This document shows positions 47,183 to 56,564 of a stretch of DNA of 64,000 nt, one piece after another; the first letter of the stretch is position 1; each line of letters starts with the position of its first letter. Source of the DNA: a virus (taxonomy: Duplodnaviria; Caudoviricetes). Under the pieces are notes generated by a model. That model searched no databases. It worked only from the letters and a program-made list of their open reading frames with translations, and had not been told where the DNA came from. A program made the translations under genes and the position numbers. Where the stretch lies: the IMG/VR virus record IMGVR_UViG_3300027255_000165. The stretch is one strand, 5' to 3'.

Positions 47183-49116
47183 CTTGCGTTTCTATATCGT
47201 TGGTACGAAAGAGATGGAATGGCGTTATCTATCACCAATGCGTATTGTGCGTCTCTAACTAGAGATTGGTTTAACACATTGGAATGTTGTTCTTCCTCAA
47301 TGGTCTTTTTCCAAATTCTAATGTTTGTCATCTTTAATTTACCACCTCTTAATTGATAACCTCTATCCACATCCCAAATAAATGATTGTGTTGTAGGTCT
47401 AATTTCTCTAAATTGAAGTTCAAGGTTGTTATTACCATCTTGTGGTCTAACGTAATTGAGTTGTTCATTTAGATAGTACATATACACTCCAATTTCTCTA
47501 AAGTCGTTTGATAGATTGATAACAATCGCATACCATTCGTCAGTTGACATGATCATACCGTGCATGAAAGTGTATGGTTGATTATTAATCATCAACTCTA
47601 ATTTTGATGATGAAAGTCTTGCCGTTAAACCAACGCCAAACTGTTCGCCTTGGATCAAAACATATTTGGTTGTATCTAAGTTATCAAAGGTCGGTTGAAC
47701 CCAGAATGTAAATGCTAAGTTTTCTTCTTGCGTTTGTTTTGCAGGTTGAATATATTCAACTGCAGTCTGATCATTTGGAACAGTACTTAGATTATAGTGA
47801 TGCTTAGATACAATTGTCCATCTGTTTTTCAAATCATAGTCAACTATTTTAACTAGGGCATTTGCACCAGTTCTAACGCCATCTTCCCAAATATGAGATA
47901 CTCCTTGAAGTTGTTGCGGCTTTGTAACCTTTTTGCTCTCGTCCTGAATTTCAGCTCCAAAAATGTCATCCATTCCAACTACTAGGTCTTGCAATTCTGC
48001 TTCTGCCTCTGGAGACTTGATAACCGCCGAACGATCTTGATATTTCGCTAGCATCACTCTCCAGTATGTATGGTTAACATTGAACTCATCTGCCAGTGAC
48101 ACAGATTTGACCTCGTACATCCTGTTTAGTTTTGGGAAGTACAAGTAATCTTTAACTCTTGGTCTCTTAAATGGTCCGAAAGTCTTTTCAAATTGATAGT
48201 CAGCAATGTGAATTTCAAAATCTTCAAAGCCCATGCCGAAGATGTCGTAATTGATTTGTTGTGTTGGCATTTCATTATCTGGAACCGAAACTTTAACGTC
48301 TCCTTGGGCAACTACGTTAAACAAAGAATACTCCATGAAAGTAACGTCTCTGGTTCTTTCATCGGGTTCAGTTCTGTAATATCTTACTGGCCATCCAAAG
48401 ATGTCAGTTGAAATTTCTACAAGCTGTCTGTACAGATTATCGCTCTTATTTAATTCGTATGGCTTAAAGATATTTTCATCAGTCGTACATGGTTTAATGT
48501 TGGCGCAACCAATATATGAATATGGATCATCGCATCCTAAGCAATACTGTGGACAAGCTATGATTTCTCCTTCAGTGGTTTCAAGTGTGAACGTAATACT
48601 GATCATCGTTAATGACGCACCTAGCGTTAAACGATCAACAGTACCTTTAACGTCAATCCAAAGTGGTCTCGTTCCATCCCATGCGATAAACATCAGATCA
48701 CCAGGATTCATATCTTTGGTCAATAATTTGAATTCACTGAATTCTTCATTAGTGTGAGACCATCGGTATTCGTAAATAAACTCATTGTTTGCATCTGGCA
48801 AAATCATGAAAGTTGCCATCGATGCAGTGAAAGGTGCTGGATCAGCAAGTTCAATGTGAAGTGGAGTAACTTGAAGTGCAACTTCAAGTACGTGATTACC
48901 TACGATGATAGAATCACCAGGACTTAGATTAAAATTAGTACCGTACCCTGAAACGGTCGTAGACCCTTCAGTAAAACTAATTTTACCTACCGTATAATCG
49001 TTACTTAGACCGGCCAAAATAGACCAATCTGTCACACGAATTACGTTTTCATACGGATCGACAAGTTTTCCAATGATGAAATCTCCGATCTCATTTGCTG
49101 TTGAGCCAGTTACCAT
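47179..49116 (-). CDS. neck/head-closure protein (gp14-like) with C-terminal LamG-like extension
   Basis: G..V.Y....D..F.EY..FE+HI..P...D.LYFP..NR++EV (gp14-like); C-terminal WYAIVI..+TNIRIW...+ (LamG-like). Confidence 0.65.
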   Translation of the reverse strand: MVTGSTANEIGDFIIGKLVDPYENVIRVTDWSILAGLSNDYTVGKISFTEGSTTVSGYGTNFNLSPGDSIIVGNHVLEVALQVTPLHIELADPAPFTASMATFMILPDANNEFIYEYRWSHTNEEFSEFKLLTKDMNPGDLMFIAWDGTRPLWIDVKGTVDRLTLGASLTMISITFTLETTEGEIIACPQYCLGCDDPYSYIGCANIKPCTTDENIFKPYELNKSDNLYRQLVEISTDIFGWPVRYYRTEPDERTRDVTFMEYSLFNVVAQGDVKVSVPDNEMPTQQINYDIFGMGFEDFEIHIADYQFEKTFGPFKRPRVKDYLYFPKLNRMYEVKSVSLADEFNVNHTYWRVMLAKYQDRSAVIKSPEAEAELQDLVVGMDDIFGAEIQDESKKVTKPQQLQGVSHIWEDGVRTGANALVKIVDYDLKNRWTIVSKHHYNLSTVPNDQTAVEYIQPAKQTQEENLAFTFWVQPTFDNLDTTKYVLIQGEQFGVGLTARLSSSKLELMINNQPYTFMHGMIMSTDEWYAIVINLSNDFREIGVYMYYLNEQLNYVRPQDGNNNLELQFREIRPTTQSFIWDVDRGYQLRGGKLKMTNIRIWKKTIEEEQHSNVLNQSLVRDAQYALVIDNAIPSLSYQRYRNAR

Positions 49117-49123
49117 AAACTAT

Positions 49124-49624
49124 TTATACTTCAATGTTTTTGGCCTCGTCGGAAGGTTCTTCACCAATGATCTTTGGAACCGATGGTTTCTGACTGAAAG
49201 TTGGCTTTGAAACCGGTTTAGATTTGACAATATCCTGAGGTTTGTAAACTTCACCCGCAATCCAAGATGCAATGAAACCCGTAAGTGATACGAAGTAAAC
49301 TGCTAGATCGCTCAAATTAGCCTTAAACCATATTGCAAATCCACCAACAATGGTCCATAGAGCAACGATAATGTATATCATTACTTCTCGTCTAGAGTTT
49401 GGACCCTCTTTCATTAAACCAGTCTTTTCACTTGGCCTACGAGACTCTCCCCAGATATAAGTTGCAACGTATGCTGTTAGTGAACCAAAGTAGGCTGCAA
49501 GTTGAGTGAAATCAGTATCTTTATAAGCTCCAAGAACTCCCATTGTAATCCATAACAGAACAACAATGTAAACCAACTCCTCACGCTTACCAAAATCCTT
49601 TAGTAATTCGCGTAGTTTTTTCAT
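49124..49624 (-). CDS. membrane protein with internal duplication (4 TM; holin candidate)
   Basis: RE.+.YI+V.LW...G..A......+.LA.YF.SLT.++A++I.GE..+P occurs twice. Confidence 0.65.
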   Translation of the reverse strand: MKKLRELLKDFGKREELVYIVVLLWITMGVLGAYKDTDFTQLAAYFGSLTAYVATYIWGESRRPSEKTGLMKEGPNSRREVMIYIIVALWTIVGGFAIWFKANLSDLAVYFVSLTGFIASWIAGEVYKPQDIVKSKPVSKPTFSQKPSVPKIIGEEPSDEAKNIEV

Positions 49625-49653
49625 TCAGAAAGTGAGACTTTCTTTTATATATC

Positions 49654-50304
49654 TCACCAATCCGTGACTAAAAGTACTTCAGGATTATCACCTTCCAGTT
49701 TATGGTCAATGATGTCTAAAATCATTGCAAGGGATTCGGCCGTTTGATCAGACATGTCTTCTGAACCTAAAATACTTTCAACTCCCATAGTCAATCGCTT
49801 AATAGGCATTGAGTTGTATGGCTTTTCACCAATCAAACCAGCAGATCTCAACAGTGGATTGATCTTTTTAATTTCATGAACATCAATAAATTCGCTCAAT
49901 CTAACGGTCGCTCTAAGAATCTTATAAGAATACTTTATTTGTCGAGTTGTATTTTCAAAATCTTCAATTACTCTACTAAAGTTTCTACGCTTGGAAAGTG
50001 TTAATTTGATCCATTTTAATCTGCCAAAATCTTCAACAATCTTGTGAAGAAAGAATAGAGATGAAGCATCCTTGTGAATCAACTCAAAGGTGATGGCCTT
50101 AATACGTCTAATTTCTTTCTCAAAGTTATATTCAAACATCGTCTCCAATTGATATGGAGTAACTAAAATAGATTCATCGTCAACCCTCATGTAGTCCAAC
50201 TGATTCAGACATTTAGTCCAAATCAAATTATCATAGTGATTATACTTGAACAGCGTCACGTCAATCACATCTACGAAGTCGGATGAGTTGTATATTTTCA
50301 TCAA
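49654..50304 (-). CDS. hypothetical protein
   Basis: 216 aa ORF coupled to gp62-like. Confidence 0.7.
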   Translation of the reverse strand: MMKIYNSSDFVDVIDVTLFKYNHYDNLIWTKCLNQLDYMRVDDESILVTPYQLETMFEYNFEKEIRRIKAITFELIHKDASSLFFLHKIVEDFGRLKWIKLTLSKRRNFSRVIEDFENTTRQIKYSYKILRATVRLSEFIDVHEIKKINPLLRSAGLIGEKPYNSMPIKRLTMGVESILGSEDMSDQTAESLAMILDIIDHKLEGDNPEVLLVTDW

Positions 50305-50732
50305 TAAACTTTGATTGATTTTTCAATCATTTGAAGGTCTTTGTACAATTCAAATTGCGCAAACTTTTTCAGTTCTTCAAATTCTCTTTTGCCAATTTCA
50401 TTTTTGGTCATATAGAATTTAACTGCTTCGTCTGAAGGTATATATTGATCTTTTACTTTGGCTGCAGACGGTGAAGCTTTTTTGGTCTTGGTGTAAATCC
50501 AACCTGGAACGCCTTTAAATCTACCTGCGACCATTCTCCAACTATCAACCACGTGAGAACCTTCAATACCGTTAAGATTGAACGCGTTTGCATTATCAGG
50601 AAACTTAATCGAAAAGAAACGATTGATCATAAAGAAATGACGCTTCTTATTATGCTGTTTAATAGCATCGTACTCTTTGGGTTTTTCGAACATCATTTTA
50701 ATGAAGTCGAACAATTTAGTTTCGTCCAGCAT
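50301..50732 (-). CDS. gp62: probable clamp loader small subunit (gp62-like)
   Basis: LFDFIK..FMINRFFS..AN..N pattern; near gp44. Confidence 0.6.
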   Translation of the reverse strand: MLDETKLFDFIKMMFEKPKEYDAIKQHNKKRHFFMINRFFSIKFPDNANAFNLNGIEGSHVVDSWRMVAGRFKGVPGWIYTKTKKASPSAAKVKDQYIPSDEAVKFYMTKNEIGKREFEELKKFAQFELYKDLQMIEKSIKVY

Positions 50733-50761
50733 ATTAATTATACCCCGTAAATATGTTAAGT

Positions 50762-51994
50762 TTAGAACAATTCGTTCAGCTTCTTAGTCTTAGGTTGATC
50801 TTCCTTCTTTGGCTTTTCATCAACTAATTTTAGACCGCTAAAGGGATCCATTCCTTTGGGTACGACTTGTTTATCGCGATCAGTAAAGCCCGTTCCTTCA
50901 AGGATGCGTTCCATCTGTGATAGATTATGGAAATTAGGACTATCATAAGGCTTAGAGATTTCCTTATAGATTGCTTTTAGAATAGGTTCTGGTATGATGC
51001 GAACGTGAAGAAACATTAGTTGAATGTTTTGCATCAAATTAGAAGCAATCTGTTCTACGTTTGAGTTACCAACCGACCTATAGATTACATCGCACATGTG
51101 CTGACGATTTTCTTTGATGAACAAATGTTCTACCTGAAAACTACCATAGTCTTTTTCATATTGTGCAAGAATCTTTTCAGATTGCTTTTCTGTGATTGAA
51201 AAGGTACGATGCTTGCCATTATTCATTTGCTTATCGTAAGTGACAACTGAAGGTATGTTATCTGATTTATCACCGATAAGAATCTTTTTGAACAGAAATT
51301 CACGTGAATCTATTTCTTCAATACTAACGCGATTACGTTTAACCCAATCATTAATATCATCTTTAAGACTACCTGCGATGTCAGAACCTGATAGGTTAAA
51401 TAGTAAGTCATCATCAGACTTGGTATCATTAGACTCACCCTCTAATAGAGCGGTGAAACCGTTAAATGCAATAAGATTACGTTTAGTGTTGTAGTACCAA
51501 AGAGTATAACCATCAGTGGCTTGGGTGTAATCAACCAATTGAATAAGATCACGGTCGCCTGTCCATACGATGCAATTGCGGCCCTGATTGTTTAATTCAG
51601 TTGCCCATGCAAACAGAATATCGTCAGCTTCGGCACCATTAGTTTGTTGAACAATAACACCCTGTTTTTGAAGAACCGTACGAAAGCTATCGTATACACT
51701 ATACACTGCATCCCAATCGACTGAGTCATCGGCTACACGAGTACCCTTGTATTCAGCTTCAGGAAACAGATCTTTACGCCAAGACTTAGAATCAACAGCA
51801 ACAACAACCTGATCAATGAAAGGTCGCATTTTACGAATTTCGCTGGCAATATCGATACACAGCTTGCGCATGAACTGTGCTTTTTCCTTTTCATCTCCTA
51901 ACAGTTTACCGGACTTGCTACGAGGCATGACATATAGACGGCTGTATACAAAGTAGTTGCCATCGATCATTAACGTGTGTTTGCCTAATTTCAT
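50762..51994 (-). CDS. rnh: 5'-3' exonuclease / T4 RNase H-like (FEN/PIN fold)
   Basis: IDGNY, SWRK.+FP..EYKG.R, EADD++, D.DL.QL, GDKSDNIPSV. Confidence 0.9.
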   Translation of the reverse strand: MKLGKHTLMIDGNYFVYSRLYVMPRSKSGKLLGDEKEKAQFMRKLCIDIASEIRKMRPFIDQVVVAVDSKSWRKDLFPEAEYKGTRVADDSVDWDAVYSVYDSFRTVLQKQGVIVQQTNGAEADDILFAWATELNNQGRNCIVWTGDRDLIQLVDYTQATDGYTLWYYNTKRNLIAFNGFTALLEGESNDTKSDDDLLFNLSGSDIAGSLKDDINDWVKRNRVSIEEIDSREFLFKKILIGDKSDNIPSVVTYDKQMNNGKHRTFSITEKQSEKILAQYEKDYGSFQVEHLFIKENRQHMCDVIYRSVGNSNVEQIASNLMQNIQLMFLHVRIIPEPILKAIYKEISKPYDSPNFHNLSQMERILEGTGFTDRDKQVVPKGMDPFSGLKLVDEKPKKEDQPKTKKLNELF

Positions 51995-52045
51995 AACTTT
52001 TATCTTTATAGGGCTAATATAACAAATTCCGGTGACCCGAGGAAA

Positions 52046-53002
52046 TTATTGCTTAATAATTGTTTGTATTTTGTAAATACATGACAACATTGTAATAACT
52101 GGATCAATCACATTGATTCGTTGAGCTTGATGCTCAGCGACAACAATGATGATTTGAGGAATAAATCTTGCAGCCTGTGTTTTTTCTTGCTTGATGTATT
52201 CAATGAAGTCTTGTCCTAGTGATTGTAGAACATCATCAACACGATTAGAGTATTCACTAACGAGAAGCTTATAGTTCTTCACTGGATCCATTTCGTTAAA
52301 GATGAGTTCAAACACGTCTTTATAGACCGAGTTGAATCGTTTTACATCTTCGATACCAATTGAAGTGGTACCCTGTGACTTATAACCTTGAAGTTTGTTT
52401 AAAGTTGTGCGAAGGTCTGGGAAGTTACGACGAACAAACTCAACCAATGCATCTTTTTCAATCGTCAAGTCTTCGTCTTTACAAACTTCATGAACGCGGC
52501 GAATGTATTTCTTAGTTAATTCAGCTTCTTCATTCTTATCAAAGTCAAAGTTAATGACTTCAAATCGGCTAAGAATTGGATCTGGTAACTTGTTAATGTA
52601 GTTACATGTTGCAATGAATCGTGAGTTGGAAGCAAATTGTTCCATCGTAGCACGAAGAGCCTTGAAGAACTGATCAGATACACCATCGACCTCATCAAGA
52701 ATAACTACCTTGAATTTATTTCGGTCATCTAGGATTGACATGGTTGAACAGAAGTCAGTGATACGAGTTCTGATAACATCAACTGATGTATCTGTTGAAG
52801 CGTTAATATATAGGTAAGGTAACTCAAACTGATTGACAATTGCCTTAGCAGTTGATGTTTTACCAGTCCCTGGGCTTCCAGCGAACAGCATGTTCTGTTG
52901 GATTCCATCTTTGAACTTGTTCATCACTCGTTCGGGTAGAATCAAATGGTCCAAGTTCTTTGGACGGTACTTTTCAGTAAAGAGTTGCGTCAATGATTGC
53001 AT
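52046..53002 (-). CDS. gp44: clamp loader large subunit (RFC-like AAA+)
   Basis: EKYRPK, GSPGTGKTS, INAS, LDEVD, TCNY..K+..PILSR. Confidence 0.95.
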   Translation of the reverse strand: MQSLTQLFTEKYRPKNLDHLILPERVMNKFKDGIQQNMLFAGSPGTGKTSTAKAIVNQFELPYLYINASTDTSVDVIRTRITDFCSTMSILDDRNKFKVVILDEVDGVSDQFFKALRATMEQFASNSRFIATCNYINKLPDPILSRFEVINFDFDKNEEAELTKKYIRRVHEVCKDEDLTIEKDALVEFVRRNFPDLRTTLNKLQGYKSQGTTSIGIEDVKRFNSVYKDVFELIFNEMDPVKNYKLLVSEYSNRVDDVLQSLGQDFIEYIKQEKTQAARFIPQIIIVVAEHQAQRINVIDPVITMLSCIYKIQTIIKQ

Positions 53003-53051
53003 AATTTACACGTTTACAGAGGTTATACCTCACAGCTTACAGTTAGTTTCA

Positions 53052-53558
53052 ATGGCATACGCTAAGAAATATCCGCACATCAAATATAAAGACGGGGTCA
53101 GGGGCAAACATGGAGTTGCGTTTGAAACCCTGTCCAAGTTACATAAGCGTTTTCTACTAGAACATCCAAACATCAAAGACTTTGTAAAGGATGAGCAGAA
53201 ACTGAAGGCTGTATTAGGATTATTCAGAGGTTCAAATGATCGTCACAAGACCAAGCTGTTCTATGACTGGATTGAAGGTGATCTTAAAAAGATCGACGAT
53301 GTATACGATTCTTATAGATCGATCGATTGGGCTTGCGCAATCTCTGGACGTCCGATCAAATCTAAGATGGGTGACTTTAGCGCTCGAAACTTTGTACACC
53401 CAGAGTATTGGGATGCCCTTGAGGTTGGCATTAACCAGAGTGTACTGAAATCTTCACTTGAGTTTCGCCAAAAATGTCAACAGCTCCTCCTGAATGAACA
53501 GAAGGAGCTGATGAAAGTGTTCAAAAAGAATGCTAATCCTCGAAAGAGATTAGATTAG
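53052..53558 (+). CDS. hypothetical protein (start reassigned to MAYAKKYP)
   Basis: The upstream part of the track ORF overlaps gp44 antisense; ATG at 53052. Confidence 0.65.
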   Translation: MAYAKKYPHIKYKDGVRGKHGVAFETLSKLHKRFLLEHPNIKDFVKDEQKLKAVLGLFRGSNDRHKTKLFYDWIEGDLKKIDDVYDSYRSIDWACAISGRPIKSKMGDFSARNFVHPEYWDALEVGINQSVLKSSLEFRQKCQQLLLNEQKELMKVFKKNANPRKRLD

Positions 53559-54764
53559 TTTTGCAAATCTATCTTTAACTGTGTTAATAGTGTAACGTGA
53601 TTCGTTTAAAGAATTAGAGTATTCTACCTTTTTAATTTTAGCATCGTACTTGGAATATAAAGGTGTTCCGTTTAGTTGCCATTCTTCTTTTTCTGAAATT
53701 TCAGAAGCAAGTTCATTTAAACCCAATTCTTCAGCCCTTAGAATCAATGATTCTTTTGTAGCAGTCTTTTTAACCAGTGCAGATTTAGCATCTTTCATCT
53801 GTTTAATATCTTGTTTAGACTTATCGATTTCGGCTTTAATATTGATGATCTTTTCGTCGAAAGATTCGGGATCGGTTGACTTTGCCTTTTCGTCTTCAAC
53901 TGATTTTAGCTTCTTCTTAAGATCAGCTTCTCTTGCCATTTCATCTTTGATATTCTGATCATATTGAGCAATATCTGCCTCCATGTTATCGTCTTTTCTA
54001 GGTTCTTCCTGTTGAGGTTCCTGTTGAGGTTCCTGTTCAGGTTCCTGTTGAGGTTCATTATTGGATGTTTTTTTAGCTTTCGCCGCCGCAGCTGCTTCTT
54101 GATCCTTTTTATCTTGCGCAGATTTCGCAGCTGTTTTTTTATCTTCTTCAGAAGGTTCAAGCTCTTTTAGAGCAGCTTCATTTTCTTTGTATCTTTTTTG
54201 AAGATCGGCCATTCTTTGCTTTAAATCACCAGCTTCTTTTTTATCAATACCTGCACCTGAGTGAGCTTTGATAACTGCTAGCTCTCCTTCAATTTTAGCG
54301 TTTGATAATTTCTTATCTACTAAACCTCCTTTGTTAGCAAATCTATCATTGACAGCATCTTGTAGAGATTTGATTTGACTGGTAAGAAGGGTTTCCCTGT
54401 CTTTGATCTTGTTCTTTTGCTCTGTGTTTGGAGCTTCATCCCTTGCAATCTCAAGAGCAACTTTATTAACCTTAATGTTATTAACCTTCTTTTGAGCTTT
54501 AACGGCTTTCATTGAAGTAATCCATTGAACGATAATGTTGTCGTCGCCGGCTTCTTCAATTTTTTCAGGAGTATTGAATTCTTCTTCTAGCTCCTCAGAT
54601 ACTTGAGAAACTAGAGTTTCTAGTGATGTGATGATAGTATCGACATCTTTAATAACCGCCTCTCTTGAAGTAGCGGACGTTGTTTCTGCCGCGGCAGGGG
54701 CTTCAGCACCTTCCTTTAAGAAAGATTCATAAAGCTTGATCGCAGATTTCATCTTTAATTTCAT
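53550..54764 (-). CDS. charged coiled-coil protein, possible internal head protein
   Basis: K/E-rich helical; N-terminal (M)KSAIKLYESFLKE; QEPQQEP repeats; directly after the MCP behind a GATATATA motif. Confidence 0.6.
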   Translation of the reverse strand: MKLKMKSAIKLYESFLKEGAEAPAAAETTSATSREAVIKDVDTIITSLETLVSQVSEELEEEFNTPEKIEEAGDDNIIVQWITSMKAVKAQKKVNNIKVNKVALEIARDEAPNTEQKNKIKDRETLLTSQIKSLQDAVNDRFANKGGLVDKKLSNAKIEGELAVIKAHSGAGIDKKEAGDLKQRMADLQKRYKENEAALKELEPSEEDKKTAAKSAQDKKDQEAAAAAKAKKTSNNEPQQEPEQEPQQEPQQEEPRKDDNMEADIAQYDQNIKDEMAREADLKKKLKSVEDEKAKSTDPESFDEKIINIKAEIDKSKQDIKQMKDAKSALVKKTATKESLILRAEELGLNELASEISEKEEWQLNGTPLYSKYDAKIKKVEYSNSLNESRYTINTVKDRFAKLI

Positions 54765-54811
54765 AGTTGTAGATGTATTTTTATCTATAACCTATATATC
54801 CTATAAAAAAA

Positions 54812-54837
54812 GAAGGGCTCCATTTCTGGAGCCCTTC
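54812..54837 (-). terminator. terminator after the major capsid gene
   Basis: - strand GAAGGGCTCCA-GAAA-TGGAGCCCTTC-TTTTTTT. Confidence 0.9.
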
Positions 54838-54863
54838 AAGAAGGATTATACTAAATCTAAAGA

Positions 54864-56357
54864 TTAAGCTAGGTTTAGTAGGTTAGACCAAGTAGCACCA
54901 GCTGCGTCATTCGTAACTTCGAATGATACGTACTGAGTCTCTGGGTGGAAACCTGCTTCAACTAGAGCGAATCTAGACTTAACAGCAATCTTAGGAGCCA
55001 TAGTACCCTCTGCGATAGTCTGAACTGATTCAGCCATTAGGTATGGCATGAATACTAGACCTGGAGAGTTACCATCACCTTTTCTACCAACTACTACAGT
55101 GTAATCGTCCCATGCTTTTCTTGGATCAGTGTAAACATTGATACCAGCAACAGAACCTACAGGGTAGATAGCACCAGCAGCTTGAGAGATAGTGTTAGCC
55201 ATTGGGTTTGCAACGAAACCAGCTACAGCTTGAAGAACAGTTGCAGTCTGTGGACCAACAACTGCGAAGTTACCAGCACCTCTTCTACCTCTGTTAGCGA
55301 TCAAGTTAGCAGCAGCTAGAATCTGTGAAAGAAGTCTTCTGTGAACTGAAGCAACAGTCTCGCCACCAGCTAGATCAGCAGCAGCAGGAAGTTTTAGGTC
55401 GAAACCAGTTGAATTACCAAGTACATTAAGAGGAGCTGCTGGGAATACAGACTTAACGTTTCTGTAACCTAGAACCTTCATTTCTCTTAGGATTAGGTTG
55501 TTGATTGACTGAGTTAGTTCGTTAGTTAGAACTGCCTCAACTTGAGCTACAGCGTCAACACCGAATTGCTTAAGATCTTGAACTTGCTCTCTAGTAACTG
55601 CAGCAGCAACTTGGAAAGTTTCAGCAGCAACTGACTTAGAGAATAGAGATAGACCCATGATGTTCTCAGCCTTTCTCTCACCGTCTTCTCTCTTGAAAGG
55701 ATCGCCAGCAGCGTTAGATGCAGAGAAACCAGGAATGTGGTCTTCTAGAGCCTTAACTAGTTCAACTGTTGCAGCTGGAACAGCTACAGCCAATCTGAAG
55801 TCAGCTTGTACGTTAGCATCGATTAGTGCAGTACCGATCACCTTGTAGATGTCGTTACCGTCGATTCTTGAAGTACCAACGAACTCGTATGCAGCGTGAG
55901 TAGCACCACCAGCGATATCAGCACCAGTACCTGAATCAGTTGAGAAGTAGTATACGTTAGCTAGTTTAGCGTCATCTCTCTTCGCGCCACCGTCGTATAC
56001 GAAGTCTAGGTAAGAAAGTAGACCCATTGGACCAGCCATAGGAACTACAGGAACTAGATCTAGACCTACAGTTTGTGCAGCAACTTGCATTGCTAGAGGA
56101 AGTAGTGATGGAGACTTGTCACCAGAACCGTCACCTGCAGAACCTGCAGTGTTGAATGCTGATGGGAAAGAAACTGCACCCATACCTTTTACCATAGATG
56201 GTAGAACTGAAGAAAGTGTAGCTTCTTCATAAAGCTTGTGATTGTGGCAGTATTCTGACATCCAAGCTAGTTTGTTTGAATCGTTGATACCAGTAGCAGA
56301 CTCGATGATAGGAGCCCATGTTGCTCTGATTTCAGCTTCATTGATTAAATTTGCCAT
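54864..56357 (-). CDS. gp23: major capsid protein
   Basis: LVPV.PM.GP.G, E+.QDLK..G.DA, E+...IN..I+, Y.PY, P.+..KSR+AL (T4 gp23-like). Confidence 0.95.
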   Translation of the reverse strand: MANLINEAEIRATWAPIIESATGINDSNKLAWMSEYCHNHKLYEEATLSSVLPSMVKGMGAVSFPSAFNTAGSAGDGSGDKSPSLLPLAMQVAAQTVGLDLVPVVPMAGPMGLLSYLDFVYDGGAKRDDAKLANVYYFSTDSGTGADIAGGATHAAYEFVGTSRIDGNDIYKVIGTALIDANVQADFRLAVAVPAATVELVKALEDHIPGFSASNAAGDPFKREDGERKAENIMGLSLFSKSVAAETFQVAAAVTREQVQDLKQFGVDAVAQVEAVLTNELTQSINNLILREMKVLGYRNVKSVFPAAPLNVLGNSTGFDLKLPAAADLAGGETVASVHRRLLSQILAAANLIANRGRRGAGNFAVVGPQTATVLQAVAGFVANPMANTISQAAGAIYPVGSVAGINVYTDPRKAWDDYTVVVGRKGDGNSPGLVFMPYLMAESVQTIAEGTMAPKIAVKSRFALVEAGFHPETQYVSFEVTNDAAGATWSNLLNLA

Positions 56358-56530
56358 TGTAATTTATAATTTTTTTTGGCGTTTGGTTTTGATTCGACAT
56401 GCTTGAACGTTTTGCTTCTTCGTTCTTGTCGATTAGGGTATATATTCAGTTAATTTGATAACCTTTTCAGATTTTTTTGAAAAAAATGAAAAATATGATT
56501 TTTTATTTACCTGATTATGTTTTATAAGAA

Positions 56531-56557
56531 GAGCCCAGACCCAATGGATCTGGGCTC
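56531..56557 (-). terminator. intrinsic terminator
   Basis: - strand GAGCCCAGA-N9-TCTGGGCTC-TTCTT. Confidence 0.7.
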
Positions 56558-56564
56558 GTTAGTA

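Noticed and set aside
52833-53051. N-terminal extension of the + strand ORF 52833-53558
   Set aside because: It overlaps gp44 antisense and its promoter region; ATG 53052 is more plausible.
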